Shown here piece after piece: positions 54,400 to 64,000 of a DNA stretch of 64,000 bases. A program made the position numbers and the translations under genes. The DNA is taken from positions 124,001-188,000 of the forward strand of contig MCFH01000038.1 in assembly GCA_002104945.1 (NCBI GenBank), read 5' to 3'. A model generated the notes under the pieces. That model saw only the letters and a program-made list of their open reading frames with translations. It was not told where the DNA came from and made no database searches. The DNA comes from Piromyces finnis finn. Lineage: Eukaryota; Fungi; Neocallimastigomycota. Each line of letters opens with the position of its first letter. The first letter of the stretch is position 1.

Positions 54400-57300
54400 A
54401 TGGGAGGAAATAAACAATATAATGGAATGGATCAACCTGATCCATATAATATTGAAAAAACTGCTGTAGTTAATATTCCTGGTAATATTGATTTGTATGA
54501 TTGTCCCGTTAACAATGAAAGAAAAGAATCTACAGCATCAAAAAAAAGTAGAGTTCCAAAAGCAAGAGGTGATTTTAAATGTAGAGATTTACCATTTCTT
54601 ATTTTATTCATTATATTTTGGATTGGATTAGTTATAATTACAATAAACACATTTAGAGTTTCTCCATATGATTCGTATGTTGAATTTTTAAACATAATAA
54701 CAACAATATATTGATTTATAAAAATTTTTTAATCTTTAGTATTTAAATATTTTTGTATAAATCAATAATTAAACCATTATTATATATTACATCAGGCTTT
54801 TCTATGGTCGAAATAGTGCAGGAGAATTGTGTGGATCTGGAAACTATACAGATTATAAATATATTGCTTACTTTATGAGTACTGAACAAGTAAAGAATGC
54901 AGAAAATCCAATAAAATATAAGGTATGTGCCAATTACTGTCCAGAAGATTATCTTTTATATGAAGGGGATCTATATAAAATTGATCCAAATACAAATGAA
55001 ACTTTATCATATATACCATATATGGATATAAGAAATACTACATATGAAAAAAATCATTTATTAGATGTTAGAAAAAATTTTGAAAATAAAACAATATATG
55101 AAGTTTATGATAAAATATCAACATTATATAAATATGATAACTATTTGATTCCTTCAGTGAATGGTAACTCAAAAAATAATAATAAATAATAAAAAAGTTT
55201 AAAAAAAATTTAAACTAAATATTTAAAAATATAGTTTTTAATAGATGTATTCCAGATCTTTCTGTTTTCGGTATAGATATAGGAAGAAATACTTGGTCTG
55301 ATATGTTACAGGGTGGTATTAATTTTTCATCTAGAATATTTCAATCTGTACTTAATAGTCTTGATATTATTTTAATGTAAATATTATATATTAAATGAAT
55401 ATTTAATCTTTATATAAGAATATTAAATTATTTTTTAAATATTAAATAAATAGGGAAGCTGGTATTGCTTTAGGTTTAACTGCTGCATGGTTATTATTTA
55501 CATATTATTTTACCGGTTTATTTGTATGGATAACTGTTATTTTAAGTATAATAGCTATTGGATGTGCAACACTATTTTCATGGTATATTTATATGAAAGC
55601 AGGTGCTGATGAAATTCCAGTCATTTTAGATACAAAAAATCCTTATGTTAATAAATATTTATATAATGAAAAATTCTTCCTTGTTCTATGTATGTTCAAC
55701 ATAAAATAATGAATATGTGTGATATAAATATTAACAAATATATATATATATAATATAGCTATTATTTTATCAATTGTATTTTTTATTATTATATTGTTCT
55801 TCCTTTTTGCTAGAAAAAGAATTAATCTTGCTATAAAAATTATTAAGGAATCTGGAAAGTAAGGAATAATTATTTATAATTTTTAAAATAAATGCATATT
55901 AACAATTTTTTTCTCATTAAATATTTTATAATAATATAAGAGCAATTAAAAAATATCCATTATTATCACTAATTCCATTAATCCAATATATTATGATCAT
56001 TATTATAATAATATACTTTGTATTAATATATATGTAATGAAAATAATAATATTTTTCATATTAATTATACATATTATTATATTTTAAAAATAAGAAAAGC
56101 AAAATACTAAGTAACTTTTTTGATATAAATAAATTAGTCCTGTTACAATTACTTCAACTGATGAAATTTCAGCAAATACTCAACAATATATTTCAAAGTA
56201 TGTTCCACTTAAGGAAGAAGATCTTTCTGTTAAATGGTAAATTTAAAATCAAATTTAAATAATGATATTATTGCTTTTTAATTCATTTATTAATTAACAA
56301 TATAAATTATATGATGTTATAAAAAGGTATAGTATAATAATTCAGTTATATGTTGTTCTTGGATTTTATTGGACTTACTATTTTGTTAAGGCTATTGGAA
56401 AAACAACTATTGGTGGTGTTGTTGCAACATGGTATTGGGCACCAACAAATGATTACGGAAAAAAGGTTAATACATTATATTTCATAGTATTCTAATAATA
56501 ATAATAATATTTATTGTTGATTGTAAAAATAAATAGGTATATCAACGTAATGCTATTTTAAAAACGTTCGCTCGAGTTTGTTGGTATAATTTAGGAAGTT
56601 TAGCGTTAGGATCTTTAATTCTTGGTATTATATCTTTGATAAAATACATACTAGCAAAGATTCAAAAAATGGCAAAGAAGAACGGAAATAATGCATTTGT
56701 TAAATGTCTAATTGGATGTTTAAGATGTTTTATTGAGTGCCTTGATAGAATAGTTAAATATATTACTAAAAATGCTTATATAGAGGTAATTATATAATAA
56801 TATTAATTATTATATATTATTATAAATAATAAATAATTGTAATTAAATAATTTATAGATTGCAATTTATGGATACAGTTTTTGTAAAGCATCCTACAAAG
56901 CAACAAAATTAATATTAAGAAATGCCTTCAGGTACAAAATAATATAATAATATATTAAAAAATAAAAAGAATTAAGTTAGATAGAATAAAAAATTAATAA
57001 TAAAAATATTAATTATGTAATAAACAGGGTTGTCATCATAGATAGAATTAGTTCTATTGTATTCATTTTAGGAAAATTACTTGTAACCGCAGCTACTGTA
57101 TTTTTCACTTTCCTCCTTTTGAAAAATAAAAATATTAATGATACTTATATGTTATCTATTCCCCTTATAGTAAATATTAAAAACTTAGTTATAATTTTCT
57201 TTTAGTTGTTTATAAATTAATATTCTTTAATATTTATAATTAATAATTATGTATAGATTTCATTTTTATTAGGTTTAATGATTATTTCTATATTTATGTC

Positions 57301-57564
57301 CGTATTAAGTACTACTATCGATACCATTTTCGTTAGTGTTTGTAAGTATCACTCTCTCTATTTATAAAGTAACATAATATTTATTTATTAAATCAAAATA
57401 AATAAAATTTATATAATTTTTTATAACTAATTAAAAAAGGTGAAGATCTTGAAAGAAACGATGGTTCTAAAGAAAAGCCATATTACATGAGCAAATCTAT
57501 TAGAAAGGTAGTAGTAAAGAATGGTAGTAGATTAGAGCAAGATGAAGTGGCTGCAAAAGTATAA
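54400..57564 (+). CDS. Choline transporter-like (CTL/SLC44 family) multi-pass membrane protein, ~12 exons
   Basis: KCRDLPFLILF, RLFYGRNSAGELCG, VCANYCP, GRCIP, YNLGSLALGSLI, YITKNAYIEIAIYGYSFCKA and TIDTIFVSVCEDLERNDGS. All introns are GT-AG. Confidence 0.9.
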
Positions 57565-59318
57565 TTGTTGATATTATAAAATAATATCTTAAATAATACA
57601 CATAAATAATGAAACTGTATATATATTAAAGATTCTTTAATTTAATAATATTAAATTATATTTTATTATATAAATTAACAAAATATTGTATTTAAAATAA
57701 GATGTTTATTTAAATTAATTGTAAATATTCTATATACAATAAAAAGAAGTAATAATAAAAATTAAAAACAAAAATAAGTCTTTATATAATAATTCTTTAT
57801 TTTAATTATTAACTGTTGATATTAAACTTACAACACCAATAGTAAAGTCAAAGTTTTATTTAAAAAAAACTTTTTTTACATATTAATCATAAGATTTTTT
57901 TGTTGTTTATTTTAGTCGTTAAGATGAATTGCCTTTTTATATATTATTAAAAAAAATTTATATATTTATATATTTGTATATTTTTATTAATATATTTTAT
58001 TGCACAAATTATTTATTTTCTTTTTTTCAAGATTTAAGATTGAAATTTTTTATTAATAATAGTTTATTTAAACTGATATATGTTGTAAATAAAATTTGAA
58101 TAATTTTAAAAATTAATCTATATCTATGAAATGATATTATATTTCAATTCATTCATTATCATTCTTTATATTGGAACTTTTTTATTTGGTCTTATAATAA
58201 ATGTATAATATAATATTGTTTCTATAAAAAATTTTCTACTGATTTAAATTTACACAATATATTAATAATAATTATTCTCCAAAAGTAATACAGACTGATA
58301 TATTTTTGAATAATATATTATTTTTAATAAATAATGAATTCTGGGATTTAGATGAAAAAATAAATTTAAAATAAAATAAAATACGTTTTATAATTAACAA
58401 ACAAATCTCATTAAAACTCTCAAATAAACTCTTTATATTTTTAAAATTATTTTTTTATTATGTTAATATTATAATTTTATTGTCTGTCTTTTTAAAGAAG
58501 AAAATTTATCTTCTTTATATACATTTTTTATTTATTACATGTATTATTATTTTTAACTATTAAATATTATTATTATTTATTAAAATTAAAAGAATAAACT
58601 AAAATTATACTTGAGTATTATAAAATACTACTTATTTGATCTTCTTTTCAAAATGTTTAAAACTAAAAAATTATTATCATTAAATGTATAATACCTTAAA
58701 TAAAAATTTAAAAATTTAAAATTAAAAGAATATTAAAATAAAACTAAAATAAAATTATAATAAAATTATAACAAAATTAAAATATTAAAGGTATCAATTA
58801 TTATTAACACTCATTTTATACAGAAACATAAAAAAGTTCTGGATTTTATCTTAAAATCGTTATTATTGTTCTATTTCCAGGTTTTAAGTTTATCATTTTA
58901 GTAATAATTACTCAATTAGTTATCTATTAATTTATAAGTTTAAAAGAATTTCTAAAGAACGCTTGGATAAAACACTAGAATTAATAATTTGATGTATACC
59001 ATTTTATTTTTAGTTTATTTATTCATTTTTATTTATTTATTATTATTTTATTATTTTAATACATTATTGGATTAAGTCGTTTTATTTTATTTAATAATTT
59101 ATTTTATTATTATCACTATTAGGTCGTTTTTACTCAGAATTTATTATATAATAAAGAGAATATTATTTATTTAAAGAAAGGGTTATATTTTCATAAAATT
59201 ATTATTCATTCATCTTTAAGGGTTATTATCGTTTATTTTTATTATAAGTTACTATGGGTTAAGTCGTGTTTATTCAGCTAGTTTTTATTATGTTTTTATA
59301 TGAGTAGCGTATAAGAAA

Positions 59319-60511
59319 TGATAAATAATAATTATAAATATATTATAAATTTGATATTAGTAGATAATTTTATTATAAAATAATTATTAAATAATTTTAT
59401 ATAGTTTATTATAAAAATATAATTTACATAAAATCAAATATTTTATAAATTTATATATTTGATTGGGTTAAATTATAAAAATAATTTTTAATATAAAGAA
59501 TAATAATATTTTTTAGTAGAAAATGAGAAGACTTAGATTATTAATAATAAGTTAAATTTTAATAATAGTTAATATAATTAATTAGTGAATACATAATAAT
59601 ATTTAAAAGACAAAAATAAGTTTTTATATAATAAAATTTATTGTTAAAAAGAACGTAAGAACAATAAATAAAAGAAAATATAAAAACGAAATTAAACTTG
59701 TCTAATTTGTAATTATTGTGTTAATAATAAATAATATTTTATAGAATAAATCTGGTGTTATTATTCTATATAAATATTATTAAAATAATAAAACTATTAT
59801 AATTATAAAATAACTTAAAATAAATTAATAAAACTAGTAGATATTGTTAAAGCTCGTACAATAGCTGTCGAGATAAAACAATATAAGATAACAGAAGAAG
59901 TAGTTAAAAAGTTGTAATATAACTACCAATCCGTGTCGTTCCAGTTTTTATCCTGGTTGTTAAGGCGTTTCCTTAGCATACATAAGGCTTCTGGTTCGAC
60001 CCCGCAGATGTCAGTGCCTGTGGATTTTCCCACTGGGTTTGCCATGGGTTGGGTTATGATATTCAGGTAAGTATAAATGAACTTTCTAATTTACTACTAT
60101 GATAATAACACTGGTCTAGCCGGCCTGAGAGGGTCTAGTGTACATGGTACATTCCAAATTAGAACTTAATAAGTGGTGACTTAGGCTATGCCAAAAACAC
60201 ATAATATTCCTTAATCAATTTAAGTGTAAACATTAGGGGGCGGTTGACACGTGATCAAATTGACTATAAGAGGCTTAGCATTGTAGTTGTGAAATATCGT
60301 ACAACGACATGCATCTAATGTACATGGATTAAGTGAGCGTCGAAGCTGAAGAAACAGTATGACAGACCAGGAGGGTCACAACCACCTAGCGATAGGAATG
60401 AGCCAACGTTTCTCTAAGAACCACCATTGGAGCTAACTCTGATCGATGGGAGAAATGCACTCGGAAGTTAAAAAAAAAAAAAAAAAAAAAAAAACTACCA
60501 ATCCGTTATCA
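59319..60511. mobile_element. Solo-LTR-like (or short-TIR) element B, ~620 bp net of the SINE, termini TGATAA...TTATCA, 4-bp TSD GAAA
   Basis: TG...CA ends with a 6-bp terminal inverted repeat. GAAA lies at 59315-59318 and 60512-60515. The empty site AAAGAA^TGATGCG is at 62750-62762. Confidence 0.6.
59935..60492 (+). mobile_element. tRNA-derived SINE-like retroposon with poly(A) tail and 14-bp TSD
   Basis: Direct repeat AACTACCAATCCGT at 59921-59934 and 60493-60506, A-tail 60470-60494, A-box-like TCCTGGTTGTTAAGGCG and B box GGTTCGACCC near the 5' end. GC content is much higher than the flanks. The empty site appears in inverted element B at ~63858-63880. Confidence 0.8.
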
Positions 60512-61572
60512 GAAATGATGCGTTGACCGATATATTTGTGAATAATATAATGTTTTTAATAAATAATAAATTCTATATTATAATGATGAAACAATAAATT
60601 TAAAATAAAATAAAATATGCTTTATAATTAACAAATAAATCACTCAAAACTCGAAAATAAACTCTTATTATGTTTTAAATTAAATCTTTATTATATTTTA
60701 TAATTTATTTATTATCTGTTTATGGTCTTTTTATTCTCTATTTATTATCCGCCCTTTATAAAGAAGAATTTTATCTTCCTTTTATACATTTTCATTTATT
60801 ACATGTATTATTATTTTTAACTATTAAATGTTATTATTACTATTGTTATTATTTATTAAGATTAAAAGAATAAATTAAAATTATGTCTTAGTATTATAAA
60901 ATATTATAGAATATTACTTATTTGATTTTCTTATTACTTCAAAATGTTTAAATTTAGAAAAATTATTATAAATTATCATTGACTATCATTAAATGTATAA
61001 TACCTTGAATAAAATAATTAAAATTTAAAATTAAAATAATATTAAAATAAAATTAAAATGAAATTAAAATATTAAAAGTATCAATTATTATAAACACTCA
61101 TTTTATACAGAAACATAAAAGAGTTCTGTATTTTATCTTTGGAATTGTTATTATTGTTCTATTTCCAGGTTTTAAGTTTATCATTTTAATAATAATTACT
61201 CAATTAGTTATTTATTAATTTATAAGTTTAAGAGAATTTCTAAAGAACACTTGGATAAACACTAGAATTAATAATTTGATGTATATCATTTTATTTTTAG
61301 TTTATTTATTCATTTTTATTTATTTATTATTATTTTATTATTTTAGTACATTATTGGATTAAGTCGTTTTATTTTATTTAATAATTTATTTTATTTAATA
61401 ATTTATTTTATTATTATCACTATTAGGTCGTTTTTACTCAGAATTTGTTATATAATAAAGATAATATTATTTATTTAAAGAAAGGGTTATATTTTCATAA
61501 AATTATTATTCATTCATCTTTAAGGGTTATTATTGTTTATTTTTATTATAAGTTACTATGGGTTAAGTCGTG

Positions 61573-62700
61573 TGTAAAAGTTTTACTAAACTTATAATTT
61601 AATATTAAAATATCAAATTAAATAAAAGGTTAAAAGATAACTAGGTTAGAAAAAAAAAATGTTTTATTAAAATAATCTTAATTGATTTATAAATGGATAA
61701 TTAAATTATATATTATGGTTAAAATAATTTCTTTTATTTTATTTAATAATATATTGCTAAAATATAATAATAAGATTATTTAGTAGTAATACTCATTAAG
61801 TATTAATTATTATTAATAGTTAATAATTTCTAGTTAATAATCTTTAGTTAATAATTTATAGTTAATAATTTAATAATTTATGGTTAATAATTTTTGGTTA
61901 ATAATTTTTACAAAGATTTTAATTTCATAACTATTCTAAACTATTTATACTATTTGTAATTTTACATTTAATAATAAAATAACTTTTCAATACATGATTA
62001 TATTCATAATATATTTTATAATACTTAAACTAAACTTAAGACTTATTCCTAGTTATTAAAAAATAACTATTGTTTATAATATTCATAATATTAATTATTT
62101 CTTAATTATAATATAATTCATTGAATATAATATTAATAATTATAATCTTCTAGTTCAAAGATTATAAAATATGTTATTGAAATAATTATTATAAAATAAA
62201 GTTAATTAGTTCCGGAAAATAATTTTAATTTAATTAAACAATAATTTTTATACTTTGAGTGAATGATTTATGTTTGATATATCAGGGGTGATCATTCTCT
62301 GAATAAACAATTAATCATTGCTAACAAAATATCTTTAAATTGGAATATCTCGTGAACCAGCAGAGATATTGACCTGATTTTAAGATATGTTGTTTGTCTC
62401 GAGCGTGGCTTTCTAACGAACGTAATTATAACCAAAATATTTTTATTCAAAAATCGTCATTCGTTGAGGAGATACGCGTGTTTTTTCTTATTCCATTTTA
62501 ACGATAAGGGTTAAAGTTATTTATTATAAAAATTATTAAGGGTTAAGGTCATATTTTAACCTTTTCTAAATTTTTAAATATTTCTTAATAAAATTTTATA
62601 ATTTATTTGAAAATAAAATATTTGTTGATTTTGAATTTTCATAAGTGATTTCACAATTCCAAGTGATCTTGAAATTGTAATTTCACTAGTATTCGTGACA
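61573..62700. mobile_element. Solo LTR (element C), 1128 bp, TGTAA...TGACA, 5-bp TSD TCGTG
   Basis: TCGTG at 61568-61572 and 62701-62705 flanks a TG...CA element, and the host repeat GGTTAAGTCGTG^TTTATT resumes exactly after it. An internal 14-bp tandem repeat lies at ~61818-61908. No coding capacity is visible. Confidence 0.72.
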
Positions 62701-63857
62701 TCGTGTTTATTCAGCTAGTTTTTATCATGTTTTTATGTGAGTAGCGTATAAAGAATGATGCGTTGACCGATATATTTTTGAATAATATAATATTTTTAAT
62801 AAATAATAAATTCTAATATTTATGATGAAACAATAAATTTAAAATAAAATAAAATATGTTTTATAATTAACAAATAAATCACTCAAAAACTCGAAAATAA
62901 ACTCTTTTTATTATGTTTAAATTATCTCTTTATTATATTTATAATTTATTTATTGTCTATTTATTGTCCGCCCTTTATAAAGAAGAATTTTATCTTCCTT
63001 TTATACATTTTCATTTATTACAGGTATTATTATTTTTAACTATTAAATGCTATTATAACTATTGTTATTATTTATTAAAATTAAAAGAATAAATTAAAAT
63101 TATGTCTTAGTATTATAAAATATTATAGAATATTACTTATTTGATTTTCTTATTACTTCAAAATGTTTAAATTTAGAAAAATTATTATAAATTATCATTG
63201 ACTATCATTAAATGTATAATACCTTGAATAAAATAATTAAAATTTAAAATTAAAATAATATTAAAATAAAATTAAAATAAAATTAAAATAAAAATTTAAC
63301 AAAATTAAAATATTAAAAGTATCAATTATTATAAACACTCATTTTATACAGAAACATAAAAGAGTTCTGTATTTTATCTTTGGAATTGTTATTATTGTTC
63401 TATTTCCAGGCTTTAAATTAATCACTTTTAGTAATAATTACTCAGTTATTTATTTGTTAATTTATATATATAAGTTTGAAAGAATTTCTAAAGAACACTT
63501 GGATAAAACACTAGAATTAATAATTTAATGTATATCATTTTATTTTTTTAGTTTATTTATTCATTTTTATTTACTTATTATTATTTTATTATTTTAATAC
63601 ATTTTTGGATTGAGTCGTTTTATTTTATTTAATAATTTATTTTATTATTATCTCTATTAAGTCGTTTTTATTCATAATTTATTATTTAATAAAGAGAATA
63701 TTATTTATTTAAAAGAAAGGGTTATATTTCCATAAAATTATTATTTATTCATTTTTAAGGGTTATTATCTTTTATTTTTATTATAAGTCGCTATGGGTTA
63801 AGTCGTGTTTATTCGGCTAGTTTTTATTACGTTTTTATGTGAGTAGCGTATCAAGAA

Positions 63858-64000
63858 TGATAACGGATTGGTAGTTATATTACAACTTTTTAACTACTTC
63901 TTCTGTTATCTTATATTGTTTTATCTCGACAGCTATTGTACGAGCTTTAACAATATCTACTAGTTTTATTAATTTATTTTAAGCTATTTTATAGTTTTAA
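63858..64000 (-). mobile_element. Second copy of element B, inverted, truncated by the window end
   Basis: The reverse complement matches 59793-59934 + 60507-60511, with two visible substitutions and no SINE. It begins TGATAACGG directly after ...GCGTATCAAGAA. Confidence 0.75.

Larger units (their letters stand above)
58293..63857. repeat. Head-to-tail tandem repeat, ~1.1-kb AT-rich unit, 3 copies (58293-59318; 60516-61572 + 62706-62755; 62756-63857), interrupted by nested insertions
   Basis: Shared landmarks recur in the same order: GAC(C/T)GATATATTT, CATTTTATACAGAAACATAAAAA, TTCTATTTCCAGG, CTTGGATAAA, GGGTTAAGTCGTG and GAGTAGCGTA. Confidence 0.9.

Noticed and set aside
59935-60012. Functional tRNA gene
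   Set aside because: A/B boxes are present, but the acceptor and anticodon stems do not pair and there is an internal T5. It is better explained as a SINE head.
58293-63857. Tandem Helitron, rDNA spacer or CRISPR-like array
   Set aside because: CTAG-T occurs in each unit but no subterminal hairpin is evident. There is no rRNA sequence and no short repeat-spacer periodicity.

Overview
Very AT-rich, intron-rich eukaryotic DNA, almost certainly from an anaerobic gut fungus (Neocallimastigomycota). This is inferred from a pair of fungal-type dockerin domains, GT-AG introns and A/T-homopolymer-rich spacers. Positions 1-57.6 kb hold about 12 protein genes: DDRGK1-like (5'-partial), an SDR dehydrogenase, an intronless ankyrin protein, a secreted LRR + 2x dockerin protein, a TALE homeobox gene, a Cid1-family nucleotidyltransferase, short-form RNase Z, an orphan ORF, CCR4, MRD1, WDR48 and a choline-transporter-like gene, plus an ankyrin pseudogene fragment. 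The last ~5.7 kb is a ~1.1-kb tandem repeat carrying nested insertions: two families of solo-LTR-like elements and a tRNA-headed poly(A) SINE with a 14-bp TSD. Top observations: (1) a U12-type AT-AC intron that is needed to restore the MRD1 C-terminus; (2) a dockerin protein built from plant-type LRRs in one-repeat-per-exon cassettes; (3) one LTR-like element inserted at the same nucleotide of two repeat units in opposite orientations; (4) a fungal tRNA-SINE whose empty site is visible in the window; (5) a 6-nt microexon inside a homeodomain. All gene models were spliced by eye; no searches were run.
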